A stretch of DNA of 63,773 nt, filler included, from Octopus bimaculoides (GCF_001194135.2; 8 parts of 7 records of this genome joined end to end with filler, not necessarily neighbours in it), one strand, 5' to 3'. Shown: positions 1 through 13,559, counted from the first letter of the whole stretch. The notes: a model not told the origin generated them from the letters alone. Translations and numbers: made by a program.

Positions 1-71
<71 letters not shown>

Positions 72-397
72 CATACGTATGCGTATACACATACATATAT
101 ATGCATGTGTATATACATATATATATATAAGTGTTTATTCATACCTCATATATTTTTACGTATCTATGTATGTGTGTGTATAGATAAATATATGCAAAAA
201 CTCAGTAAGGGTGTGTTGATAATGATGTGAATTTATCTGTATACACATAGGCACACGTACATATATTTACATTTGTGTGTGTGTGTATGTGTGTGTGTGT
301 GTGTCTCTGTGTGTGTGTCTGTGTGTCTGTGTCTGTGTCTGTGTGCATGTCTTAACGGTTTTAGGAAGGAGATGCAGAATGTTTCTCCTGTCACTCG

Positions 398-637
398 TTA
401 AGCTTCCCACGAAACCACTTCTGTCCCCGGAACGCTTGAGACCTGTCTTTCCTGTGGAACTCCGCTTCCATTGCGATCCGCCAGGACGAACATTTTATCT
501 CGAAGTCCGAGGAATAATTTCCTCATCCTGAATTCTCTGAAATTGTTTTTCTTCACTGTTGTTGAATCCTTTGATGTTTCTGTTGATGTCTCGGACGAAA
601 ATATTCGTGATTTCTTCACGAGTTCTATTAAATCGTC
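398..637 (-). CDS. GPCR coding exon 3 (helix 8 and Ser/Thr-rich C-tail)
   Basis: Polypyrimidine tract and CAG acceptor at 640-638. Reads DDLIELVKKSRIFSSETSTETSKDSTT...VVSWEA*, TAA at 400-398. 768+210+240 nt gives 405 aa plus stop. Confidence 0.8.
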   Translation of the reverse strand, partial: DDLIELVKKSRIFSSETSTETSKDSTTVKKNNFREFRMRKLFLGLRDKMFVLADRNGSGVPQERQVSSVPGTEVVSWEA

Positions 638-1560
638 CTGAAAAAAGAAGGAAATATACTAAATGACATACACAAAATCCTTGCATATATATATATTACA
701 TATTATTTAATAGACACAATACATGTTATTTATGTGTTACAAATAGTTTCTTGTGCTGAGAACATACCGAATAATGAATTATAACATTTGAAACATCTCA
801 GCCCAATCATCAGGCACAAACCATATACCATAACGAAAAATTGAATTAGAGAAGAAAAGCGAGAAGTCGACAGGGAAGCATACAGTGAACGTGGTAGGTT
901 AAAAACGGAGAACGAAAAAGTAATCAGAAATGTGTAAAGATAGAAGAGTTATCTCCCTTAGACCTTAAGTTATAAGGCTGGAAAAAACAACGCAAATTAA
1001 TCTCATATAGGCGGAATTTTCGAATTCTTTAAAAGGAAATTAGGCATATGTTTACAATCGCTGAAAATCTCAGACCTTACAGTTCAGAACTGAGTTAGAG
1101 ATCTCAGATCTGAAAAGGATCTTTCTGTTAAATATGGAATCTGATCCATTAATATGAGGTGTGGAATTTTCGATTATTTTCCACTTAATCACATGTGTTG
1201 CGTTAGATTTTAAACTCCATACCCAAATTAAGTAGTGGCTACCCAAATTAGTTGTTTTGCCTTTGTCCTTATGTTAAATGGAAACTATGTGAGTAGTGTT
1301 TTGAATAATTTTGTGTCTCAATAAGAGCCACTGCATAAAAGCAAGATGGCCATGCTTAGAACGCCTTTGGTCACATGGCTCCTAAACGATGGCTTTCCTA
1401 GCGCTGAACAACAAAGCTAACAATAGATTCGTTCCAGATACACTTTCTAAATATAAGTGAGCGATTACGGATGGAACGTCTTTCATGAGACGGCTGACGC
1501 AGGGTTAAAACAACAAAAATAACAATAACAACAACAACAATAAAAATAAGATTAACTTAC

Positions 1561-1770
1561 TCTGAAGTTATCATTCATGAATCCGTAGATGATAGGGTTC
1601 ATAAAACTGTGTGCCATGGCGAGCCAGTGCACAACAATGAACACCAACATTACGTCGAAGGTGGGCGAACCAAACAGTTCAGGATGGTAGTCGATGAACA
1701 GTGTATATATATGGATAGGTAACCAGCATATACCGAACAGGACTACAATGGTAACTAGCATTTTGACAAC
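1561..1770 (-). CDS. GPCR coding exon 2 (TM6-TM7)
   Basis: CAG acceptor at 1773-1771. Reads VVKMLVTIVVLFGICWLP...HWLAMAHSFMNPIIYGFMNDNFR, with CWxP and NPxxY intact. Ends AGA|GTAAGT (phase 0). 210 nt, in frame with exon 1. Confidence 0.93.
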
Positions 1771-2107
1771 CTGAAAAATAGAAGAAATATAACTGTATAT
1801 ATATTTATATGTGTGTATACATGCATACCCAGGACTAAGAATGGTACATACGATAGCTATTTTAATTGAATACTGCTTCAGTTGTGTGCATCGGATTATA
1901 TCAATTGTCAGCTATTGTCATAAAATAGATACAATTACTAGAATGATTGTCAGAAAACAGTTATATCAATCCCTCTAACACATAAAACATATACAATGAT
2001 CTACTCGATTGCCATAAAACATGTACAGTTCTCAGAGTGACTGTCGTAAAACAGATACAGTATTAGCAAACATATGATGCATAACATTAAAGTAATGATA
2101 ATCTTAC

Positions 2108-2875
2108 CTTTATTTTTGCTCTTATGGCCAGCTGGTCCCTGCTCTTGTCTGCATTTCCTGGTGCTCTCCTCTTCCACAAGACATTAGCAAGTATTGAGTA
2201 AGTTACCGTTAAAATAGTAAGAGGAATGAAGCAAAGAAAAACGCTGACTACCCATGTGTAAATCAAACGATAGGATTGTTTGTCCCATTGTTCATTGCAT
2301 TCCATAATGATGTCTCCTTCGTAGTAAGTGGTGTCAACTCTGGCCACAAATAACTGTACGGAAGCTATTGCCACCGAGAACAACCAGATCAGGGCGATCA
2401 TGCAGCTGGATCGAGACGACGTTATGCGAATTTTAAGCGGGAACAAAACAGCGATAAGTCGATCGACACCAATCGCCATATTCGTGGAAACACTCATGGT
2501 TGCCGAAAATAACTGAAGGAATGAAACCAAGGTACACATGACCGGGGAAAAAATCCATTTGTGTATAAGCAACATTACTAAGGTGAATGGAATACAGAAT
2601 ATTCCCATGATAAGATCAGCAACGGCCAAATTGAGAAGAAAAGGTTTAATGTCCGTTTTACATTTCTTGCCTTTGGCGAAGACTATTATTGATAGTATAT
2701 TACCGAACACTGAAGCGAATGTTGTTAAACTGTAAAGAACTATCAGAAAAGTTTGGGCTTCTGGTGTCAGTTGAGATGTTCTCCCGTAGTGTCCACCACT
2801 TTCGTTTACCAAAGATACTGTTGAAGGGAAGTTTTGGTCAAGACCTATAAGATCACTGAATTCATCCTCTTCCAT
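2108..2875 (-). CDS. Class A (rhodopsin-like) neuropeptide GPCR, RYamide/luqin/tachykinin/GPR83-like; coding exon 1 (TM1-TM5, ICL3)
   Basis: ATG at 2875 in aagATGg context (MEEDEF...). Motifs: N-terminal NES sequon, TM1 GN, TM2 LLNLAVADL, TM3 Cys, DRL at the DRY position, TM4 W, ECL2 Cys (MECNEQW), ICL3 LWKRRAPGNADKSRDQ. Ends AAG|GTAAG (phase 0 donor, intron starts 2107). The frame is open upstream into the N gap, so a longer N-terminus cannot be excluded. Confidence 0.93.
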
Positions 2876-3896
2876 CTTGCTGGTGGGAAAAATAGGAGAA
2901 TTCTTCCGTCTATTGTGTTTGATTTTTTTTGCTTCAGAATTTNNNNNNNNNNNNNNNNNNNNNNNNNNNNNNNNNNNNNNNNNNNNNNNNNNNNNNNNNN
3001 NNNNNNNNNNNNNNNNNNNNNNNNNNNNNNNNNNNNNNNNNNNNNNNNNNNNNNNNNNNNNNNNNNNNNNNNNNNNNNNNNNNNNNNNNNNNNNNNNNNN
3101 NNNNNNNNNNNNNNNNNNNNNNNNNNNNNNNNNNNNNNNNNNNNNNNNNNNNNNNNNNNNNNNNNNNNNNNNNNNNNNNNNNNNNNNNNNNNNNNNNNNN
3201 NNNNNNNNNNNNNNNNNNNNNNNNNNNNNNNNNNNNNNNNNNNNNNNNNNNNNNNNNNNNNNNNNNNNNNNNNNNNNNNNNNNNNNNNNNNNNNNNNNNN
3301 NNNNNNNNNNNNNNNNNNNNNNNNNNNNNNNNNNNNNNNNNNNNNNNNNNNNNNNNNNNNNNNNNNNNNNNNNNNNNNNNNNNNNNNNNNNNNNNNNNNN
3401 NNNNNNNNNNNNNNNNNNNNNNNNNNNNNNNNNNNNNNNNNNNNNNNNNNNNNNNNNNNNNNNNNNNNNNNNNNNNNNNNNNNNNNNNNNNNNNNNNNNN
3501 NNNNNNNNNNNNNNNNNNNNNNNNNNNNNNNNNNNNNNNNNNNNNNNNNNNNNNNNNNNNNNNNNNNNNNNNNNNNNNNNNNNNNNNNNNNNNNNNNNNN
3601 NNNNNNNNNNNNNNNNNNNNNNNNNNNNNNNNNNNNNNNNNNNNNNNNNNNNNNNNNNNNNNNNNNNNNNNNNNNNNNNNNNNNNNNNNNNNNNNNNNNN
3701 NNNNNNNNNNNNNNNNNNNNNNNNNNNNNNNNNNNNNNNNNNNNNNNNNNNNNNNNNNNNNNNNNNNNNNNNNNNNNNNNNNNNNNNNNNNNNNNNNNNN
3801 NNNNNNNNNNNNNNNNNNNNNNNNNNNNNNNNNNNNNNNNNNNNNNNNNNNNNNNNNNNNNNNNNNNNNNNNNNNNNNNNNNNNNNNNNNNNNNNN

Positions 3897-3955
<59 letters not shown>

Positions 3956-4589
3956 TATATACGCATACATACATATAGTCATGGTTATATATGCATTTGT
4001 GCGTATGCGTGTGTATTTAATTTTTATTTTTCAATCGAGACAAATAAGACTCAGAACACAAAACCTACACACACTCACATACACGCACGCATACACTTCA
4101 TATGAAGAAATATGTCAGAGGTGAATTATGTTGAAATTATAACTGAAAGTCAAGGTCAAAGAGTGACAGACACACAAATGTTGCTTTAATAATATAAATC
4201 TATATTTTTTTATGGTCTAATGTTGAAAATATGACTATTATTTAAAACTTGTTACCTTGTTTATAGACGCTGAGAAAATTCTCCCGTCTCTCTCGACTGC
4301 TAAATTAAAATACCACTACGAATAATAAAAGAAAAAATAGCAAATTACGCATTCCATGAAATTCCAGCAAGCTTTTAATTGTTTTCCAAACTTTTAATTG
4401 TATTCATAAAATGTTTCATTAATACGTCTCAGTTTATGTCATACTGGTGGTTTCTAAAATGAATGAAATAGTCCTATTCAGGATTATCACCAATTAAACA
4501 TTCTAAGGACTTCGTATAAGTAAAAAAAGAAAAATGAAGCATGCGCATTCTCTGCATCTTTATCCCTATTTCTTCGCTTAAGGATATAA

Positions 4590-4670
4590 CCTACCACCCG
4601 ATCTAAGAATTGAGACCACAATCATGCGATCGGGTGTGCAACACCCTAACCACTGAGCCGCACGCTCTCC
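4590..4670 (-). mobile_element. SINE family C, tRNA-like head fragment
   Basis: Reverse complement reads GCGGCTCAGTGGTTAGGGTGTTGCAC...GATTGTGGTCTCAATTC, matching the head of the copy at 38057. Confidence 0.6.
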
Positions 4671-5064
4671 CTGTATTAATATTAATTTGATTAATTAAAC
4701 CGATCATATTTATGAGAAAAAATACTAATGAAGTTCATTAAATGTACAACGAGTTTAATGAAATGAAATACTAATATTTTAAAACGAAAAACGCATTAAT
4801 TAGCATCCAAAAAAACACGATGTCTCTTCATTTATCGTTGTTAAATTTAATTAATATAACAAGAGCGTTTTAGTTTGCTTGAAGCATTGTAGGACCGAAA
4901 TAGAATAATAAAGGAAATGAGAAATAAAGGAATCTAACAATGCGAAAGGTTAAAAATCTAAAAGTTTAAAAAACTCCTTGCATTGCTTGAAGCTTAACTT
5001 ATGTCTCAATTCATTTATTAATTAATGTAAATTAACATAGTTCAAAGTTTCTTTTGCTTTTTAT

Positions 5065-5510
5065 TTTTTTCGTTTTTACTTGTTTCAGTCATTGGAGCGT
5101 GGACATCCTGGGGAAAAATCTTTAAAGGTCTTTTTAATTTATAGTTTTTTAGTCAAACAGATCGACACCAGTGATTATCTTAAAGTCTGGTGCGTCTTTT
5201 AGCAAATTCTTTTACCGGACCGTTTGGTTATGGGGACGTAAAACAAAACAACACCGGTTGTCACATGGTGGTGGCGATCAGACAGAGACGCTAACACACA
5301 CAAACACATGCACATATATGCATGCATATATATCTGTATATATGTATGCATGCACGCATTCATGCACACATGTATATATGTATCTTAGATGGGCTTCTTT
5401 CAGTTTCTGCCTACCAAATCTATTCACAAGTCCATGCTTATAGAAGAAAATAGTTGCCTAAGACGTCAAGCAGTGAAGCTGAACCTCGACTCCATGTTGT
5501 TTGGAAGTAC
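5065..5510 (-). mobile_element. SINE family B (CORE-like), degenerate near-full copy with internal microsatellite
   Basis: Has tttcagtcatt tail, gtcaaacagatcgac, ggacgtaaaac and cagtttctgcctaccaaatctattcacaag blocks matching the copies at 23200 and 55217. Confidence 0.7.
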
Positions 5511-5548
5511 ATATGTGTATACACACACACACACACACACACATATAA

Positions 5549-5599
<51 letters not shown>

Positions 5600-5762
5600 C
5601 ACATGTCTAAGTGTATACACACATAAACACATAGGTATAAATCAAGGTATACATGAATACCAGTTATAATATAAAGTATGCTTTCTTGAAGTGAAAAAAC
5701 ACTACGCGCACACACACACAGACACAGACACAGACACAGACACAGACACAGACACACGTGTG

Positions 5763-5810
<48 letters not shown>

Positions 5811-5978
5811 GACAGACAAGTGCGCACACATATACATATATTTAGAGTTATACACACATGCACGCACACACGAACACACACACGCACGCGCACACGCACA
5901 CACACACACATATTTACGCACACATATATATATGCACACACATGCATACATATACACATATGAACATACATTGATGCA

Positions 5979-6009
<31 letters not shown>

Positions 6010-6148
6010 GTACATATGACAAAAGATTTACGACCAAAGTAAGACCGAAGTTGGCGTGTTGAAAAAATACAAAGTTAACTACAACAAGAACGTCATGATC
6101 ATCATAAGAAGAAGAAAAAAAAACAATGGCAAAAACAAAAACACTTCA

Positions 6149-6149
6149 T

Positions 6150-6208
<59 letters not shown>

Positions 6209-6210
6209 TG

Positions 6211-6240
<30 letters not shown>
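6149..6240. repeat. (AAT)n microsatellite
   Basis: Directly visible. Confidence 0.95.
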
Positions 6241-6242
<2 letters not shown>

Positions 6243-6630
6243 GCATGGTGATAATATTAATGATATAAAACCAATAAACAAAATTATTTATTTGTTATTG
6301 TTTTATGTTTTTGTGTCTGTCTGCTTCGATAGGTTAATGTGTGAATGATGAATCTGTATCGGTCAGCAGTAAATTGATGGAGACGTCGGGGGAAAGAAGG
6401 GAGGGAAGGGATAGAGGGAGGTAAACGGTGGGAGGGGGGAATGGCATTGATGGAGATGTCAGGTCATGGTGAGGGGAGGGGAGGAGGTGTAGAGTAAATG
6501 ATGGGACGGAATAGTTGGCCAGCGAATACAGGGTGAACGAAACGTTTGGGTGAAATGGTCAGTATTCTCAGATTGATGGAACTAATCAAACAAGACTTTG
6601 ACAGACGCAGGCATGACTTTGCCAGACACG

Positions 6631-6695
<65 letters not shown>

Positions 6696-8488
6696 TATAA
6701 TGAATATATATGTGTAACAAGTAAACAGAGATGGTGGTTAAGTTTACGACAGCTGTTTCGGTAGAATAGCATAAATATTTTCATAGGAAGATTACATCAT
6801 AAGATAGAAACCACCATCATCAAATAAAATAATAAACAAATAAGATTTTAAACAGGCAAGAAGCTTTACATCGAACAGGACAAATCCAATTAATTTTGGA
6901 ATAGTCTGGGTCAGACTCACGAATTCTTTTATGAATGCGTTAATAAAGTTTCATCTGAACAGTTGTCATAAAGTTTAAACGCAATTTATGTTTACTTTTT
7001 ATACATACGCCAAGCCAAGGACCAACCCCTATGGTTTAAATTGGATTTCGTACATGGATATCTAGGTTATCCTACAAACACTTGAGGTCTTCGTTGTTGT
7101 CTAACTTACCGTGAGTTCTTTGTTATCGTACCCAGCCATTACTGGCGTCCTGCGTGTTGATGTGCATTAAATACACACACAAACACACATGTAAAGGTAA
7201 GATCCAAGGGTCAAGGTGTAGGAAGTTAGTCAGCTTCAAGTGTTCCGTAGAAGATATAAAGAACAACTTTCAGGAATAATAGTGGTTTATTGGCGAAGAA
7301 GGTTGTAACATTTTCCCGTATCCCACTCCCAAAATTGATAAACTCGTGATTATCCTTGTCTTCGCCTACAACTTCTGAACATAATATACAAGCATAGGTA
7401 TGTCCAATGGTTAAATATAGGTAATGTACCGGTAGTGTAATGGATACTTCTAACTCTTAGACGGTTATTTTAACCTCTACCTCAACTAACCTCTATACAT
7501 ACATACATACATATGTATAAATATGTGGATAGATATTACATAAAAATGTGTTTATGTGTGTGCGTATGTATGTATGTATTTCATGCAAATACATACGCAT
7601 GTATGTATATAAAGTGCAATGTAATAAGCCTAAGACTACATCCATTAGTTATTTTCATGGCCTAAACAAAGACCTGAACATATTTAAAAATTCTAAGCAC
7701 CACGCACATACAAACACTCACTAACACACATAAACATAGACTCTCTTCCTCCTCCTCCTTTCACTCTCTCTCGCACACATACCTACTTGTGGACAAAATC
7801 AAAAGTTTATATAACAATGATGTTTTTTGTTTCTTTCAAAAAATGCAACGTAAACACGAGAAGAAACAAAAGTAAAAAAAAATTCTCACTCATACAACAA
7901 TACTTTTACAGAAATACAATCAATACCATCCGGACTTAAAACAGATGAAAAGAGTTGTATGTTTGGCTAAGCGCCAACCCTATGTAACCCTGAATGACCA
8001 CAAAGATAACTTTTGTTGTTAATCCCATGTGTAGACTCATCAATCACAACATGAATGAATTCGATAAAATTAGTAAATTTATTTTAGGCTCCATTAATTT
8101 TAAAATTATACAAACCACGGTCGATGATCGGTTTACCTTTATAGAATTATAACAGGTCGGTATCTACGTGGTTTAATTAACATAGGTGTTAAACATAATT
8201 AGAAATTTATTTAGTATGAAAAAATGGCGTTTATCCCTTCGTTACGAAGAACATTTGTCTGTACATAGTTTAGCGTTTGGTTGTACTCTGATGTAAGGTC
8301 ATTCCTTACTTATGATGATTTTCTAGGGCTCAAGCACAAATGTGTGTATATGAAAGACTAACAGACACACAGATAGGTAAAAAAGACGCATGCGCAGAGA
8401 AACATAAATACACGTACATACATACATACATACATATAAATAGACAGATATATATTCATAAACGCATGCATACATACATGCATTTATT

Positions 8489-8635
8489 CTGGTACTCCGT
8501 TGGTTACGACGACGAGGGTTCCAGTTAGCTTTCGTTGGCCTAAGGCTATAGTAGAAGACACTTGCGCAAGGACACTGAACCCGGAACCATGTGGTCAGTA
8601 AGCAAGCTACTTACCATACAGCCACTCTGCGCCTA
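8489..8635 (-). mobile_element. Chimeric SINE: family B head joined to family D 3' tail
   Basis: Reverse complement: aggcgcagagtggctgtatggtaagtagcttgc...ctatagccttaggccaacgaaagc, then taactggaaccctcgtcgtcgtaaccaacggagtacc, which matches the tail at 53175-53212. Confidence 0.7.
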
Positions 8636-10114
8636 TATATATATATATGTGTGCGTGTGTGTGTGTGCGTGCGTGCGTGCGTGTGTGTGTATACATATAC
8701 ATATATACATATATATGTACATATACTTATGGAGACCGTCACACACACACACATACCTACACACATATATCATACGTATTTCGATAGACATGTTCCTATA
8801 ATGACAACAGAAGTAGAACGACAATGATAATGGTTGCTAACATTAATGGCCATCAATGAATCTTTTACTACAAAATTGTTTTACCACAAAGAACCGAATG
8901 CCATTTAAACCATTCCCTCACTAATTACCAACTCGGGTATCGTTTACTAATTGATGATTGTCCATTTTTCCATCTATTTCATTTCATATTTTCTGTCTAA
9001 CTAATTACATATGGTCTCTCATCCAATTTATCTCCAAAGCAGTTTTCTTTCTCAAATAATGTCAGAATTTATCAAACGACACAAAAAATTTGCACAGAAC
9101 GGTAGCCTTTCATACAAGGTTTCGCCCAATTCTCAGGACCGACTAACTCATTTTTGTTTCTCTACGTCCCCTGTTAGCACGAAATTCTTCTCCACTTTGT
9201 TCTTCAAAGGTCTTGTCTGAATACCTTCAAATACAAACCTGCACACAACAGAGTTTGAAGTGCAGATTAGTTAAACCAGTGATTCTCAGTCATTTTTTTG
9301 TCAATGGACTCCATTTTATTCTTATTCTAATCTACTGAAGCCCCATATTCATTTACTGTATATATATATATATNNNNNNNNNNNNNNNNNNNNNNNNNNN
9401 NNNNNNNNNNNNNNNNNNNNNNNNNNNNNNNNNNNNNNNNNNNNNNNNNNNNNNNNNNNNNNNNNNNNNNNNNNNNNNNNNNNNNNNNNNNNNNNNNNNN
9501 NNNNNNNNNNNNNNNNNNNNNNNNNNNNNNNNNNNNNNNNNNNNNNNNNNNNNNNNNNNNNNNNNNNNNNNNNNNNNNNNNNNNNNNNNNNNNNNNNNNN
9601 NNNNNNNNNNNNNNNNNNNNNNNNNNNNNNNNNNNNNNNNNNNNNNNNNNNNNNNNNNNNNNNNNNNNNNNNNNNNNNNNNNNNNNNNNNNNNNNNNNNN
9701 NNNNNNNNNNNNNNNNNNNNNNNNNNNNNNNNNNNNNNNNNNNNNNNNNNNNNNNNNNNNNNNNNNNNNNNNNNNNNNNNNNNNNNNNNNNNNNNNNNNN
9801 NNNNNNNNNNNNNNNNNNNNNNNNNNNNNNNNNNNNNNNNNNNNNNNNNNNNNNNNNNNNNNNNNTATATATATATATATATATGTATGTGTATATATAT
9901 ATATGCATATGTGAATATTCAGTATATATTAACATATGAACGTCGTTCATCCGATGATGGAGGAAGCGGAGTTGGTGGCAGCGGTATAGATATGTAGACA
10001 TATGTACATGTATATATGTATATATATATATACATATGTATACATATATGTATATACATGAGTGTATGTACATGTGTATATACATACATATGCATTTCTG
10101 TGTATGTATATATA

Positions 10115-10148
<34 letters not shown>

Positions 10149-10158
10149 NNNNNNNNNN

Positions 10159-10195
<37 letters not shown>

Positions 10196-10536
10196 TTTGT
10201 GTATATATACACACAGGCACACACTCACACATACGTACATACACACAGACGTATGTACGTTTGTGTGTGTTTGTATGTATGTAACGCCACACGTTATGCA
10301 CCACACGATCAAATGACGTTCGTAAATGTTACTTAACCAGATGAGAACATTGAATATTCATACACGCACACACAAACACACACCTGACCAGAAGCGTATC
10401 AATAACGAAATGCAGCGTCTCAACACAACAGTCAGCCATGGATGACGAAACACCATTCGATGCGAAGAGACCGTGACAAGGAAAAGTATTTGGCTCCTAA
10501 CATTTAGTTGATCCTTTTACATAGATACATAAACAC

Positions 10537-10595
<59 letters not shown>

Positions 10596-11304
10596 TATAT
10601 ATGTACCTGTAAAATGTCGATACTTCGACTTTCACAATCCGAAGCTTGTTATAGTCTGGCGAAAAAATATATTTGCTATTATCTCGTAAATCGTTCCATC
10701 TCCGAATGGATACGTAGAGACTTCCGGATTTCTATGCTTGACCAAATATGATTTACGTTGCACACCTCATTGCATATAATCACCAGTAGAAATGGCCTAT
10801 TTTTCGAGTATATTTGACATGAGATTTAGAGAGATAATAAAAATACACATTTTGAGTAAAATAGGGAAGTGTATAGAAATAATATTGTTGAGAATGACGG
10901 GAATTATATTGAGTTGGAGTAAGCCAATGAACAGACATTACCAGAATGTTATTATCTTTACTATATGAAGATATAACGTTTGTTGGGAATATAAAATTTT
11001 ATAAGTGCGTTAGTTTAATATTTCGCTGTCTAATTTGATGTAGATATTATCTTCCAATATTAAAAAAAAAACTTATGATCGTGTCGGTATCTGTTAAACA
11101 GCTCTGATTTTGTATTGCGATAAATTGGGCAATCATTGGCACTTTTAATAGCATTAATAAGAATTACGACTCTAAGTCTATCCATTCTTATACTGGCGAA
11201 ATTTATCTTTGCACTCTTAAACCTTTCATCATGTGTCTCCTAGATTTCGCTAGGTTATATAACACAGAGATGATAATCCCTTCGCATAAAGGTACAAGAT
11301 ATGA

Positions 11305-11590
11305 TATTTTGTGGGAAGGGAGTAATCGATTACATCGACCCCCAGTGTTTCACTGATACTTAATTTTTCGACCCAGAAATGATGAAAAGCAAAGTCGACC
11401 TCGGTGTAATTTGAATTCAGAACGGAGCGTCGGGCGAAATACTGCTAAGTCCCTGTAACTTAGCGCTTCTGCAAAAGAAACCGATAGAATAAGTACTAGG
11501 CTTACAAAGAATAAGTCCTGGAGTCGATATGTTCGACTAGAGGCGGTGCTCCAGCATGACCGGAGACAAATGACTGAAACAAATAAAAGA
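11305..11590. mobile_element. Family A SINE fragment (-) abutting a family B 3' tail (+)
   Basis: agtaatcgattacatcgacccccagt...gaaatactgctaag joins directly to tccctgtaacttagcg...ggcggtgctccagcatgacc...tgactgaaac. Confidence 0.7.
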
Positions 11591-12067
11591 ATATATATAT
11601 GTATATATATATATATACAGATATACTTACATACACACACATATATACATATGGTGTATATACATCCCCAATTATATATGTGTATATGTATATGTATGAA
11701 AAATATATATGCCTGTGTGTGTGTGCATGTGTTTTTGTGTAGAATGTTTGTTCGTGCGAGTATGGTTTTCAACGTACAAAATGAAGTACCCGACGCTTTA
11801 GGAGGTCGAGTTCAATATGTTTGTTTATTAATGGCTAATTTGCAAACTTATACTTCCGTTTCATTCCTTTAATACAGAAAAAAAAAAAAGAAAAAAATTA
11901 CAACACTTTGTAAGCCAGTTATCAATAAACTTACTCATTTACACATACACACAGGCGGCGCGCACTTAGACACACATACCGCTCAAAGTTAGTGCTGTAA
12001 TCGTTATTCACTGATCAATTCTTAATCTTCTTGCTGTCCAATAACGGAAAGTCAAACGTTTTTTTTT

Positions 12068-12167
12068 NNNNNNNNNNNNNNNNNNNNNNNNNNNNNNNNN
12101 NNNNNNNNNNNTTAATTAATTAANNNNNNNNNNNNNNNNNNNNNNNNNNNNNNNNNNNNNNNNNNNN
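12068..12167. other. Assembly spacer N44-TTAATTAATTAA-N44 (linker 12-mer also at 28738, 38779, 48134, 55161, 59521, 62590)
   Basis: The same self-complementary 12-mer, with stops in all six frames, sits between N runs seven times. Flanks counted as 44 N each at the 12112 and 28738 copies. Confidence 0.95.
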
Positions 12168-12302
12168 CATAAATAACTTGTACATGATGATATGCTTGTG
12201 CAAACGCATATAAGTACGTATGTGCGTATGTGTGCATACAGGCTTGTATGCGTGCGTGAAGGTTCATGTATTTCTGTATGCATTGTATACATATATGTAT
12301 GC

Positions 12303-12343
<41 letters not shown>

Positions 12344-12354
12344 CAAATATACTT

Positions 12355-12710
12355 TTATTTATTTCCGCCAAGGGCTGTGTATATGCTGGGGCGCAACCAT
12401 TTGTTTGATTGCTTATTTATTTCAACTTACTTCCCTGATCCCTTCTCTCTCCTGGCTTGGTTCTGATGAATCGGTGCGTTGGACAAAACTGTCCTTCGCG
12501 TTTCTTGCCGTGATGTGCATTCATCTGGTTTATCAGATTGAAATTTGTATAAACGTTCTTTGAACACATCTACATTTGTGCCTCGTAGTTCTCAGGTTTT
12601 TAACCAAGGTATTGAATAGCTGTTGGCCTTTGAGCCCTAAGCTCTTACAGTATTCGGTGCTTACTATAGATGGAGAGGATGGAATGTTTGACACCGTACA
12701 GTGGCGTTCT
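12355..12710 (-). mobile_element. CR1/L2-like LINE 3' end, old copy
   Basis: Frameshifted translation RHCTVSNIPSSPS..TEYCKSLGLKGQQLFNTLVKNL..TNVDVFKERL..KPDE matches the 48254 fragment. It ends in the tail ggttgcgccccagcatatacacagcccttggcggaaataaataaaa. Confidence 0.75.
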
Positions 12711-13344
12711 GTTCAAGGGTTCGAATAATTTTCAATACTAAAGTTATATGCAAGAACCAATACGATCTTCCAATTGAGTATGTGTGTGTGTGTATACACA
12801 CACGCAAAGAAAGGTAGGACACAGTATTGACTGATAAACCTTAAATATAATTAGTAGTATATTATGATTGCAAAACGAAATATCTTTCATGTTTTCGCCC
12901 CAGAGAGTAGAGACTCTCCCAGTGGCTCATCTGTTACACTGAAGTAATCTTCTTAACGTAACAGCGTTGGATTTCCACAAACTCCAGTGTTAATTCGATT
13001 CTACACGGCGAGCATAATTTGATGCAGCAGTCCAGGCCACTGTGAACAAATGTTCTCCTAGGACCAACATCGTTTTCTTTTTTGGTTCTGAATGAAATCA
13101 GAATCCAAAAAACCCATTTGCCTACACACTGTTACCAGTTTAGTAGTATGCCCAGAAAATGATATGTCATTACCTATGTAGAACGTCAGGTCAAACACTA
13201 ACTGTGACTCCGAGATTACATTACCCTCCATAGAGGTACCGCAATCCCGGAAATACCTACCCTCAAATACTTGTAGCTACCATATTGATCATATATTGGT
13301 GCCAAACTAAAATAAGAATTGGTTTTAATATAATCGGTTAAAAT

Positions 13345-13540
13345 AAGGTGACGAGTTGAGAGAATTGTTAGTACGACTTGTCGTCCGTCTTTACGTTCTG
13401 AGTTCAAATTTCACTGTGACCACCTTGCCCGACATCCTTTTGGAGTCGATAAAATAGGTACCAGCTGCCTAATGGAATCAATGTAATCGACTTAGCTCGT
13501 CCCTCGTACTTGCTGGCCTTGTACCAAAGTTGGAAATCAA
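13345..13540 (+). mobile_element. SINE family A, degenerate
   Basis: ggtgacgagttgagagaattgttagtac...gttctgagttcaaatt (B-box-like)...atccttttggagtcgataaaataggtaccag. Confidence 0.7.
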
Positions 13541-13559
13541 TATAATTGGCTAAAATAAT

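Noticed and set aside
2328-2735. Plus-strand ORFs overlapping GPCR exon 1
   Set aside because: Antisense shadows of the real coding frame.
9011-9254. Possible 5'UTR exon of the GPCR (minus-strand tgtgcag acceptor at 9241-9239)
   Set aside because: No convincing donor and no transcript evidence; such sites occur by chance.
13216-13407. SYKYLRV resembling the non-LTR RT YKYLG motif
   Set aside because: One short motif with no supporting neighbours.
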